Shown piece by piece: positions 49,845 through 59,773 of a DNA stretch of 64,000 bases. How positions within the stretch are numbered: the first letter of the stretch is position 1; each line of letters opens with the position of its first letter. Origin of the DNA: an uncultured delta proteobacterium (GTDB lineage Bacteria; Desulfobacterota; Desulfobacteria; Desulfobacterales; JAFDCJ01); contig CAVYNY010000009.1 of assembly GCA_963769935.1 (NCBI GenBank), positions 224,001-288,000 on the forward strand, in the 5' to 3' direction. A program made the position numbers and the translations under genes. The notes below the pieces were generated by a model. It saw only the letters and a list, made by a program, of their open reading frames with translations. It ran no database searches and was not told the origin of the DNA.

Positions 49845-50594
49845 TTATAATACCGAAAAAACAGGTTTGCTGTCTTCCATTGCCTCGAAGGCAACCCTGT
49901 TTGTCTTTTCCAGATCCGCGAGCAGATAAGACACCCGTTTGAGCGCCAGCCCCGTGCTCCGGCTGATTTCCCTGACGGATCGGTTTCCCGTTTTAACCGC
50001 TGCGTATATGAGATTCTTGTGATACTCCCTCTCCAGAACCGAATCCATTATGGTTTCATAAGAGTCCGTATCCCATTTGCGCCCGTAAACATCACCCCGG
50101 GCGGTTATTTTCAGTTCTTTGCTCACCAGCCAGCGCAGATTCTCGGCACTGACGGTCATGAGGGCTGCTTCCAACTGCAGGGCGAAGGCCTGGACATCCA
50201 GAGCGCCCTGCTCCCTGACGGATTCGGTGACCTCGGTGGCGATCTGAGCAAAACGCTGGGCCTCGGCCGATGAAACCCACGCCAGATGAAGCCGGTCCCG
50301 CCCGATTCCAGTCAGATCCAGCAGGTTGCGGGTTAATCGGATCTTTTTGTCGGCGTATACATTACCCTCCAGGTAATGGCAGTCACCGATGTGTCAGCCG
50401 GCCACCAGCACGCCGTCGGCGCCCTCCCGCAATGCATTGACAATGAAGACGGGGTCAACCCGTCCCGAGCACATGACCCGGATGGTTCTCAGGTTGCTGG
50501 GATACTGCAACCGGGAAACACCGGCCAGATCCGCACCGGCGTATGCACACCAGTTGCACAGAAACGCAACAATTTTAGGTTCAAAATCGGACAT
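49845..50594 (-). CDS. mvhD: MvhD-family protein with C-terminal extension (winged-HTH-like), predicted selenoprotein (Sec67), 249 aa
   Basis: [39 protein letters not shown] (TGA 50396-50394), WVSSAE; frame continues to 49845 with [24 protein letters not shown]. Confidence 0.92.
50360..50378 (-). promoter_or_regulatory. SECIS-like hairpin (long mvhD)
   Basis: CAUUACC-UGGAG-GGUAAUG perfect 7-bp stem starting at +16. Confidence 0.85.
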
Positions 50595-50670
50595 ACTTTT
50601 ATCCTTTGGTACCTTCAGAGCTATTTAATGCAAAAAAATATTATTGGGCTATTTTCCTTATTTTCAAGTG

Positions 50671-50841
50671 ATTGAAAATTGTCGATTGAATATTGAATAT
50701 TTAAGGTACGCCTTTGGCGGATCCATTTTTATTAAAACGACTTGTCAAAGAATGGTGGAACGACCCCCGGCGCTTGAACCACATGTAGATACGCAAGCGA
50801 CTTCCACAAATATTCAATTTTCAATCTTCAATATTCAATTT
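50671..50841. repeat. Inverted 7-bp-period repeat element (ATTGAAD)n...(HTTCAAT)n inside the hdr operon
   Basis: Arms at 50671-50702 and 50808-50841; same family as 62050..62258. Confidence 0.85.
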
Positions 50842-50842
50842 C

Positions 50843-53800
50843 CTATCCCGCCTTTACCGAACACACCGCCGCCATGATCTGCTGATCCCGGAAATGCAGC
50901 ATATCGATGGCCTTTTTGGGGCAGCTGGACGCACACAGGCCGCAGCCTTTGCAGGAAGCCGATATGTTCCGGGCGCGGTAGCCTTTGCCCTCAACCTCTT
51001 CCAGTTCGATGGCCCCGAACGGGCACACTTCGACGCACAAACCGCAGCCGATGCATTGGTCGGCATCGACTTTTGAAACCAGGGGCGAAACCGAAATGGC
51101 GGATTTGGCCAGAACCGTCGCGGCGCGGCCGGCAGCGGCCATGGCCTGGGAAATCGATTCATCAATGGGTTTGGGATAATGTGCCAAACCACAGACAAAC
51201 AGTCCGTCGGAGGCAAAATCCACCGGCCTCAGCTTGGCATGTGCCTCCATAAAGAAATTATCCGCATTGACCGGCAGCTTGTAAAAAGCCGCCAGCCGGC
51301 TGTTTTCCGTCGGAACAATGGCCGTTGCCAGGTTGATCACATCGGCTTTAATCAGCACCTTCCGTTGCAAAATCGGATCGAAAACCCGCACTTCGAGTCC
51401 GCCGTCCGTCTCGGACACAGTCGGTTTGTTGTCCAGGTTGTAGCGGATAAAAATAACGCCTTTGGCCCGGGCTTCTTTGTAAAGGGCCTCCCGTTCCCCG
51501 AACGTGCGGATGTCGCGATGCAAAATATATACGTTCGCATCGGGGTGCCGGTCCTTGACGGCAATGGCCTGGGAAACGGATGTCGTACAGCATATTCTGG
51601 AACAGTAGGGCCGTTGCTCGTCGCGGGAGCCCACACACTGGATGAACACAACATTGGAAGCGTCATTCAGCAGTTCAGGATGATGGTCGAGTTCATGCCA
51701 GCGCAGCACCCTTGGATTTTGGCCGTATAGATATTCAGCCGTAGCGGAAGCCTCCGCCCCCGTGGCAATCACCACTGCTCCGTGCCGGACGACGCGGGTC
51801 AAATTGCCGGATGCCACCTGGGTTTCAAAATTACCCACGAATCCCTTGGCATTGGCCACCTCGGCATTGAGGAATACTTCAACATCCGGGTGATTTTGCA
51901 CGTCGGCGATCAAATCGTCCAAAAACGTCCGAACGTCCCGACCGCGCCAGGTGGCGGTAATATCCCGTGCGGCGCCGCCCAGTTCGGCTGAACGTTCGAT
52001 AAGAACCGCCGGAAAGCCCTGGTCGGCAAGACTGAGAGCGGCGGTCATTCCGGCGACACCGCCGCCGATGACCAGCGCCGTCTTGTTGACGTCCACCGAA
52101 ATATCCGGAATCGGCTCCAGCAGCGCCGCGCGGGCCGCCGCCATCCGCACGAGATCTTTGGCTTTGGCGGTGGCGGCGTCATGATCGCCGGAATGCACCC
52201 AGGTGCACTGGTTGCGGATATTGGCCATGTCGAACAAATAGGCATTTACGCCGGCATTGCGGATGGTCTCCTGGAACAGCGGTTCGTGGGTTCGGGGGGT
52301 GCAGGCGGCCACCACAATCCGATTTAATTTTTGTTTACGAATAATTTCCACCATTTTCTCCTGCGTATCCTGACTGCAGGAAAAAAGGTTTTCTTCCGCG
52401 TGAACCACATAAGGCAGGCCGGCGGCATATTCCGTAATCGCCGGAACATCGGCGATCCCGCCGATATTGATCCCGCAGTTGCAGACAAAGACCCCGATCC
52501 GCGGCGGCTCACCGCTGACGTCCTTTTCGGCGGGAAACTGCTTTTCCTTGACAAGGGTTCCGCGCGCCGACGACAGCGCCAGGCCGGCACTGCAGGCGGC
52601 GGCACTGGCCTCCATCACGGACTGGGGAATGTCCTTGCAGCCCTGGATCACACCGGCAACGTAAATCCCGGGCCGTGAGGTGGCCACCGGGCGCACATCG
52701 TCGGTTTTCACGAAATTATAGTGATTGAGCTCAATTCCCAGGTTTTGGGCCACCTCGACCGCCGAATCGGCGGGCTCCATGCCCACGGACAGCACGACCA
52801 TGTCAAAATCTTCCGTTATTCTCCGGCCGTCATCGGTGACGTACTCCAGGCTCAGGGTACCGCTCTCATCAGCCTGGGTGATGGTGTGGACCTTGGAACA
52901 AATAAAGCGGACGCCGCCGGCCTTAGCCCGGTCGTAATAGCGCTCGAAATCCTTGCCGTGGGTCCGCATATCCATATAAAATATGCTTCCCTGAAATCCG
53001 GCCGCCAGATGCTCCCCGGCGATGACCGCCTCCTTGATCGCATACATACAGCAAACTGAAGAACAGTACTCATTGTCGCATTTGTTCTGATCGCGGGAGC
53101 CGACACACTGCAGCCAGGCGATTTTAGCGGGCGGCCTGCCGTCGGAAGGCCGTAGCACGTGGCCGCCCGTCGGCCCGCCGGCCGAGAGAATTCTTTCAAA
53201 TTCCATACTGGTCACGACGTTGGCAAGTCGGGCGTACTGATAATTGTCGAAGGCGGAAGGATCGAAGGTTTTAAAACCGGCGGTAACGATGACGGACCCG
53301 ACATTGAGGGAAATTTCCTCCTCTTTGTCATCAAAATTAACGGCACCGGTCGGGCAGATTTTTTGGCACGCGCCGCATTTGCCTTTTTTAAGAAAAATAC
53401 ACCGGTCCGGATCGATCACATATTTAAGGGGCACGGCCTGGGCATAGGGGACATAAATAGCCTTGCGCTTGCTGATCCCCTTGTTGAATTCATCGGCGGT
53501 CTTGGCCGGACATTTTTCAGCACAGGCGCCGCAGGCAATGCACTTGTCCAAATCTACGTAGCGGGGCGACCTCTTTATCTTAGCGGTGAAATTGCCCTCT
53601 TCCCCCTGGATGGCGGTAAGTTTTGAAAGCGTGAGAAGTTCGATGTTCAGATGCCGGCCGACCTCGACCAGTTTGGGCGAAATAATTCACATTGAACAGT
53701 CGTTGGTCGGAAAGGTCTTGTCCAGTTGCGCCATGGCACCGCCGATGGCCGCCGATTCCTCGACCAGGTATACGTAGTAGCCGGAATCAGCCAGGTCCAG

Positions 53801-53875
53801 GGCTGCCTGCATCCCGCTGATGCCGCCGCCGAGAACCAGCACCGATCCGATTGTGACCGCATTGTCCTTTTTCAT
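50843..53875 (-). CDS. hdrA: Large heterodisulfide reductase subunit A-like flavoprotein, predicted selenoprotein (Sec63), 1010 aa
   Basis: GGGISG...[25 protein letters not shown] (TGA 53689-53687); open frame into ORF 50843..53551; same domain order as 46809..49835. Confidence 0.95.
53654..53671 (-). promoter_or_regulatory. SECIS-like hairpin (hdrA)
   Basis: CUGGUCG-AGGU-CGGCCGG starting at +16 after the UGA. Confidence 0.85.
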
Positions 53876-54265
53876 GGTATTTATCCCGTCCTCAAAAATT
53901 ATTCCGGCTGTTGCCGTTTAAATGCGCTTTTGGTTAAAAATTAAAAAGAGTACTTTTTATCAAAATATACAAAGGATGTCAAGGAAAACCGTGTCTTATT
54001 AAACGAATGTAATCCAAATAATATCCAAAAATTAATAATATGCAGCCGATTCGGCTTGTTAAACCATACCAATTTAGTCATAAAAAAACAATTGATATTA
54101 ATAATCCAAACGTATATAAATTTTACGTGATTTGAATTAAAATTTTCATTTCAATTCCAAAGAAGAAGCGCTTTGATCGGCAAAGCACCATCATCGTTCC
54201 AACGGTGCTGCTGCTCAAGTCCCTGGGGAGGGCGCGTTGCATCGCCCGCCAAAGGATGTGCATCA

Positions 54266-55198
54266 ATGAGTGTAAAGACACCGAGCAAACTTGAAAAGAT
54301 TCTGAGTGAAGGCCATTTGGCCGTGACTTCCGAATGCGGACCTCCCCGGGGCAGCGATCCGGAGACAATCATCAAAAAAGCCGAGCTGATTAAAAACCAT
54401 GTGGACGCCATCAATATTACCGACAATCAAACGTCGGTCACTCGCCTGTGCAGCCTGGCCGCCTGTATCCGTTTGAAACTGCTGGGGCTCGAACCGGTTT
54501 TGCAGATGGTGACCCGCGACCGCAATCGCATCGCACTGCAAAGCGACATCCTGGGAGCCGCCTCGTTTGATATTCACAATATCCTGTGTCTGTCCGGCGA
54601 CCACCAGAGTTTCGGTGATTGCGCTCAGGGCCGGAATGTTCACGATATAGACTCCATGCAGCTGATTCAGACGGTGCGACATATGCGCGATGAGGGCAAA
54701 TTTCTCGGCGGCGACGAGATCAAACGGCCGCCGCAAATGTTTGTGGGGGCGGCCGCCAATCCGTTTGCCGATCCATTTGAAATCCGCGTTCCCCGGCTGG
54801 CCAAAAAAATCGCCGCCGGCGCGGAATTCATCCAGACCCAGTGTATTTACAACCTGGACAAATTTGAAGAATGGATGCGGCAGGTCCGCGACCGGGGTCT
54901 GCACGAAAAAGTTTACATTATGGCCGGACTGACTCCCATAAAGAATGTCGGCATGGCCAGGTACATGAAAAAGCGCGTACCCGGCATGGATGTGCCCGAT
55001 GAAATCGTGGACCGGCTGGCCGGCACGCCCAAAGAAAAGCAGGCTGAAGAGGGAATCAAAATTTGCATCGAATCCATTCAGCGCCTCAAAGAGGTGGAAG
55101 GTGTGTCCGGCTTTCATATCATGGCCATCGAATGGGAAGAAAAAGTGCCCGAAATAGTAGAAGCCGCCGGTCTCTATCCCCGGCTTAAGCTTGATTGA
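54266..55198 (+). CDS. metF: Methylenetetrahydrofolate reductase (MetF), copy 2
   Basis: TSECGPPRG, NITDNQ, TRDRNRIALQSDILGA, LCLSGDH and AGAEFIQTQ motifs; start MSVKTP after AAGGA. Confidence 0.95.
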   Translation: MSVKTPSKLEKILSEGHLAVTSECGPPRGSDPETIIKKAELIKNHVDAINITDNQTSVTRLCSLAACIRLKLLGLEPVLQMVTRDRNRIALQSDILGAASFDIHNILCLSGDHQSFGDCAQGRNVHDIDSMQLIQTVRHMRDEGKFLGGDEIKRPPQMFVGAAANPFADPFEIRVPRLAKKIAAGAEFIQTQCIYNLDKFEEWMRQVRDRGLHEKVYIMAGLTPIKNVGMARYMKKRVPGMDVPDEIVDRLAGTPKEKQAEEGIKICIESIQRLKEVEGVSGFHIMAIEWEEKVPEIVEAAGLYPRLKLD

Positions 55199-55289
55199 AT
55201 CCGGGTCGCAATGCGACCATCACAAAGTTACGATCTGCACCGGGCAGTTGTGTTCGCCGAGTGGGTTTACCTAACCAAAGGAGGTCAAG

Positions 55290-55679
55290 ATGAGCGGGAA
55301 AAAAAGAATTCTGGTTGTGGATGATGAGCCTGATTTCGCTGCCATTGTGCAGCAAAACCTGGAAAAAGAAGGCTTTGAGGTCGATATTGCTTACGACGGG
55401 GTTGAAGGCCTTGAAAAAGTCCATGCCAATCCACCCGATGCCATCGTGCTGGATGTCATGATGCCGGAAAAAGACGGATACAAGGTCTGTGCGGAGTTGA
55501 AGGCCGATGAGCGCTATGCCGGTATTCCCATTATTCTGCTGACCGCCGTGGCATCCCATGTAACCTCCACCCGCTACTCGCATGCTGACGGCAAGAGCAC
55601 GGAGGCCGATGAGTACCTGGCCAAACCGGCGTCTGCGGAGCAGATCACCGAAACCATCAAGGGGCTGCTGGGCTTGTAA
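55290..55679 (+). CDS. Single-domain response regulator
   Basis: ILVVDDE, IVLDVMMP, LLTA and KP motifs. Confidence 0.93.
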   Translation: MSGKKRILVVDDEPDFAAIVQQNLEKEGFEVDIAYDGVEGLEKVHANPPDAIVLDVMMPEKDGYKVCAELKADERYAGIPIILLTAVASHVTSTRYSHADGKSTEADEYLAKPASAEQITETIKGLLGL

Positions 55680-55686
55680 GATCGGC

Positions 55687-56502
55687 ATGAAGGTATTCTG
55701 CATCTTAAGCGACGAGCGGGTGTACAGTTCGCGATCGCCGGCTATGTTTTCCAGGGTGCTTCAGCGGGTTGGAATCCAGGCTGTTTACGTGCCGTTTAAA
55801 GTCGAACCGCAAAATATCGGTCTCGCGCTGCAAAGCCTTAGAACATTAAATATTGCCGGCGCCAACATCACCGTTCCCTATAAAGAAAAGGTTATCCCGC
55901 ACCTGGATGTTCTATCGGAAGGCGCCAATATCATCGGCGCCATCAACACCATCGTATGCAATGGCAACAGCCTCAAAGGCTACAATACCAACGCCATCGG
56001 CTTCATGGACGCCTTAAACAGCGTCGGCTTTGAGGTGGCCGGTAGATCGGCGGTAGTATTCGGAACGGGCGGGGCCGCCAAGGCGGTTGTTTTCATGCTG
56101 AACTGGCTCAGGGCCGGCAATATCCGGGTCGCAGGCCGCGATCCGCAGAAAGCGGCCGCCGTCGCCGAACGGTTTAAAGTCGAAGCATCTACCATCGAGG
56201 AACTTGCGCTACGGCCGATGGCCGCCGACATCGTGGTCAATGCCGCCTCCGTCTCAAGCCCCCGGGAAGCACCTGAACTTGCACGGTTGACCCAAGAGCT
56301 CCAATTGCCGGCTTGCCGGCTGGTGATAGATCTCAACTATGGCCGCCGCCAGAATTTTTGGCGGGATATGGCCGCCCGCCTGGGCATCCAATTCATGGAT
56401 GGACTGCCGGCCCTGGCTTTCCAGGCCCGGCGGACCTTGGCCCTGTGGACGAGGGTTGAAGTCGATCCAGCGGAATTTTTAAAGGCACTGGAGGAGGGAT
56501 AG
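55687..56502 (+). CDS. aroE: Shikimate dehydrogenase-like protein (divergent active site)
   Basis: GANITVPYKE, IGAINTI, GYNTN, GTGGAAKAV, DLNY and FQA motifs. Confidence 0.75.
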   Translation: MKVFCILSDERVYSSRSPAMFSRVLQRVGIQAVYVPFKVEPQNIGLALQSLRTLNIAGANITVPYKEKVIPHLDVLSEGANIIGAINTIVCNGNSLKGYNTNAIGFMDALNSVGFEVAGRSAVVFGTGGAAKAVVFMLNWLRAGNIRVAGRDPQKAAAVAERFKVEASTIEELALRPMAADIVVNAASVSSPREAPELARLTQELQLPACRLVIDLNYGRRQNFWRDMAARLGIQFMDGLPALAFQARRTLALWTRVEVDPAEFLKALEEG

Positions 56503-56594
56503 TTTGAGAGCGCATGGTTGACAGCTGATAAACTAAAAGGCTGAATCATAATCGGCGGATTATAAATTCCAAATCCCAAGCACCAAATAATTTA

Positions 56595-56695
56595 CCCTGT
56601 TAAATAATTCGCTAAAGGCCATGACCGTCTTCGACGCGGAAATTTAAGAATTTATCTATTTTGAAAATCGTACCAATGCAATTTAACAGGGCAGG
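56595..56695 (+). mobile_element. Putative miniature non-autonomous element nested in a tandem-repeat element
   Basis: Perfect 11-bp inverted repeat CCCTGTTAAAT / ATTTAACAGGG followed by CAGG; interrupts the AAATCCC repeat arm. Confidence 0.5.
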
Positions 56696-56799
56696 TAAAT
56701 CCCAAATTACTTGGAATTTGTGATTTAGTTTTCACCTGCCCTGAGAACAGATCGATTGGGCCGAAAGGCCGGCAAACCTCTCAAACGCCAATGGCATTG

Positions 56800-58296
56800 T
56801 CATTCTGTTCTGTTCACCGGCAGGACAACGGTGAATCTGCTGCCGCTGCCCGGCGTGCTCTCCACCTCGATAAACCCGCCCAGGGAATCCACCAGGCCCT
56901 TTGCAATCGGCAGCCCGAGACCGGTTCCGGTGATAAACCTGGTATTTTCATTTTTGACCCGGTAAAATCTCTCAAAAATTTTTTCCAGATGGCGGGCCTC
57001 AATCCCGAAGCCGTTGTCAACCACACTCACCTGAATGCTCAACCCGACCAGGTCCGCCCTGACGCTGATTGTCCCGCCTGCCGGTGTGTAATTCAGGGCA
57101 TTGGTAATCAGGTTGCCGAAAATACTTTCAAGCGCCAACGGGTCAGCGGTAAGCGCCGGGAGCGGCTTTGCGGGAAGTTCCAGCAACAGGGCCTGATTTT
57201 TTTCCGTGGCCCGGTCCCGCATAAAATCGACAATGTCATTTAATAAACCCTCAAGCTGCACCTTCTTGGGCTCCTGGCAGATCATGCCGGCCTCGATCCG
57301 CGACAGGTCGAGCAAATCACCGATCAGGGAAATCAGGCCATGGGTTTTTTCCTTGGCCCGCATGAGAATATTTTGGTCGACGCTGGAGGATTCCTTCACC
57401 ATTTCTCCCAACACATGCACCAGCTGCTCATGAATGGTGGCAAGCGGCGATCTGAGCTCATGGGAGACTTTGGCAACGAATTCGGATTTCATGCGGTCGA
57501 TAATTTTCATGTTGGTGATGTCCACCAGGTTCACAACCGCCCCCAGACACTGCCGGCGCTCCCCCAGCACCGGCCGGTTGCGGGCCTGAATGAACTTCTC
57601 ATCTGAAATCCTCAATTCGTAGGCCGGAATATCCTCGTAGTCCACGTGCCGGCCCTGGGAAATTTCGCGGATCAGGCAGCAGAGATCCTTTTCGCCGATA
57701 TAGTGTTCGATCTGTTTGCCCGCCTCTGTATCGGGCGGCAGATCCAGCAGTCGCAAAAAGGCGGGATTCAGCAGGACCACTTGTCCTTTGGCGTTGACGA
57801 CCCCGACGCCGTTGGGCAAAGATTCAAGCACCGTGCGGATGCGGGTTTTCTCCTTATTCAGATCGGCCAGGGTCTGGTTGCGCTCCCGCTCCAAGGCCCG
57901 GGCCTCGCGGGTAAGCTGCAATTTTTCGGCGGCGCGTTTGACAACAATCCGCAGCTGTTCGGGTTCGAACGGCTTCGGGATGAAATCATAGGCGCCCTGC
58001 TTCATCGCCTCGATGGCGGTTTCCACCGTGGCGAAGCCGGTTATCACGATGACCAATATCGCCGGATCCAGCTGACGGATTTGCTTTAATGCTTCCATGC
58101 CGTCCATCCCCGGCATTTTCATATCCAGCAAGATAATCGGAATGGTTTTTTCCTGCAGCAGATCGAGCGCCTCCCGTCCGGTGGCTGCTGTCAGCACGTC
58201 GAATCCCGCCCGGCTCAGGATGCGCTGCGACCCATCCCGAATATTCAGTTCATCATCGACCACCAATACCTGGATGGCGTCATCAATTTTCTGCAC
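56800..58296 (-). CDS. REC-PAS-histidine kinase (hybrid response regulator/kinase)
   Basis: N-terminal receiver (LVVDDE, LLDMKMP), PAS, KVSHELRSPL H-box, DNGFGI, FERFYRV and GTGLGL boxes. Confidence 0.94.
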   Translation of the reverse strand: MQKIDDAIQVLVVDDELNIRDGSQRILSRAGFDVLTAATGREALDLLQEKTIPIILLDMKMPGMDGMEALKQIRQLDPAILVIVITGFATVETAIEAMKQGAYDFIPKPFEPEQLRIVVKRAAEKLQLTREARALERERNQTLADLNKEKTRIRTVLESLPNGVGVVNAKGQVVLLNPAFLRLLDLPPDTEAGKQIEHYIGEKDLCCLIREISQGRHVDYEDIPAYELRISDEKFIQARNRPVLGERRQCLGAVVNLVDITNMKIIDRMKSEFVAKVSHELRSPLATIHEQLVHVLGEMVKESSSVDQNILMRAKEKTHGLISLIGDLLDLSRIEAGMICQEPKKVQLEGLLNDIVDFMRDRATEKNQALLLELPAKPLPALTADPLALESIFGNLITNALNYTPAGGTISVRADLVGLSIQVSVVDNGFGIEARHLEKIFERFYRVKNENTRFITGTGLGLPIAKGLVDSLGGFIEVESTPGSGSRFTVVLPVNRTE

Positions 58297-59773
58297 GTTG
58301 ATCTCCTTGCTTAACCAGCTCGGCTACGGGAAACGTTATCGTAAATACGGCCCCGCCATTGGGGTTGTTATGAGCCGTGATCCGGCCCCGATGGTTTTCG
58401 ACGATTCCGTAAGCAAGGCTGAGTCCCAGACCGGTTCCATCTCCCTCCACCTTGGTCGTAAAGAAGGGCTCGAAAATGCGGGGTAGAGCCTCCGGCGGAA
58501 TGCCGGGACCGGAATCCGCTATCTCGATGCCGATCTCATCCCGCTCGGATATCCGGAAGGTTCTTATCGTCAGCCTGCCTTTGCCCTTCATGGCCTGGGC
58601 GGCGTTGAGAATGATGTTCATGAACAGGTGGTTCAGCTGCTGGACATCCGCCTGCACCGGCGGCAGCTGCTCTCCGAACATTCTGGCAATCTGGATATTA
58701 TGAAACAGGCTCTGGTTTTCGAGCAGAAACAAGGTGCGTGAAATCGCCTCATTGATATCATGGGGCCCCATGAGATGTCGGGTCTGGCGGGTAAACTCCA
58801 AAAGCTCCTTGACCGTATCCCGGCACCGTTCGGCATCCTTGAGAATCCGAATCAGGTCACTGCGGACGGCTTCCGGCAGGTCGTATTCCTCCAGCATCAG
58901 CTTGGCAAACAGCGTGATGCCGCCGAGGGGATTGTTGATCTGATGGGCGACACCGGCCGCCAGCTTTCCCAGGGAAGACATCTTTTCAGCCTGCAAAAGC
59001 TGCAGCTGGGTCTTCTCCAGTTCGGCCCTGATCTTCATTCTCTCGCGCAGGTCGTGAAAAAAACCGATCGTGGCGATTTCACGGCCGTTCTCATAGATTA
59101 TCGAGGCATACAGGCTGATGGGTATGCGTTGCCCGCCTTTTGACAGCACATCCACATGGTAGGTTTTCAACTTACCCCGACCGCCGAATTCGTCGCTGCG
59201 CAGCTTGCGCATGACGTCACGCGCACCTTCATCGGGATACAGGTCTCGAATGTTTAAATCATTTAAGGCTTCCTCTACGCTGTAACCAAAAACCTCCGCC
59301 GCCGAATCGTTAAAAATGAGAATCTTGCCCGCCATGTCGGCGGCGATGACGCAGTCCACAGCATTGTGAATCAGGTCGTTCAAAAAAGCATTGGCATGGC
59401 GCAGCTTTTCCTCGAGTGAATCCAGGGCGGTAAAATCGAAATCCAGCAGCACGAACGCCTCGATCTCCTTGCCGGAAAAAATAGGATAGGAATACAGGCA
59501 TGGTATCCTGCCGGACCGGGAAACCGGACGGTAGCCGGGGCTCAACGCCGGTTGGCGGTTACGGCCGACTTCCAGAGTGGGACAGTCCTGGCAGGGCAAA
59601 TCCCGACCGTAGAGCACATCATAGCATTTCGCGCCGGGTATGCTGAATTTTTGGACATCACCCAGCCTGCCCTTGAGGGCCAGTATCTCAAACCGCGGCG
59701 AGACCACAAGAAATCTGCGGTTGAAGGCGTCGATCGCCCGCAGAATAATGCTGTTTTGATCATCTGAATCCAT
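58283..59773 (-). CDS. Cytoplasmic PAS sensor histidine kinase (NtrB-like)
   Basis: Cys-containing PAS-like N-terminal domain, second PAS, GVAHQINNPL, DSGPGI, EPFFTTK and GTGLGL; start uncertain (59773 or 59812). Confidence 0.93.
   Translation of the reverse strand: MDSDDQNSIILRAIDAFNRRFLVVSPRFEILALKGRLGDVQKFSIPGAKCYDVLYGRDLPCQDCPTLEVGRNRQPALSPGYRPVSRSGRIPCLYSYPIFSGKEIEAFVLLDFDFTALDSLEEKLRHANAFLNDLIHNAVDCVIAADMAGKILIFNDSAAEVFGYSVEEALNDLNIRDLYPDEGARDVMRKLRSDEFGGRGKLKTYHVDVLSKGGQRIPISLYASIIYENGREIATIGFFHDLRERMKIRAELEKTQLQLLQAEKMSSLGKLAAGVAHQINNPLGGITLFAKLMLEEYDLPEAVRSDLIRILKDAERCRDTVKELLEFTRQTRHLMGPHDINEAISRTLFLLENQSLFHNIQIARMFGEQLPPVQADVQQLNHLFMNIILNAAQAMKGKGRLTIRTFRISERDEIGIEIADSGPGIPPEALPRIFEPFFTTKVEGDGTGLGLSLAYGIVENHRGRITAHNNPNGGAVFTITFPVAELVKQGDQRAEN

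Noticed and set aside
45629..53689. UGA read-through as genome-wide recoding (UGA=Trp/Gly) or as nonsense mutations
   Set aside because: TGA ends many ordinary genes here (birA, metF, oppF, tag). The five internal TGAs all fall at Cys positions and have downstream hairpins, which fits Sec.
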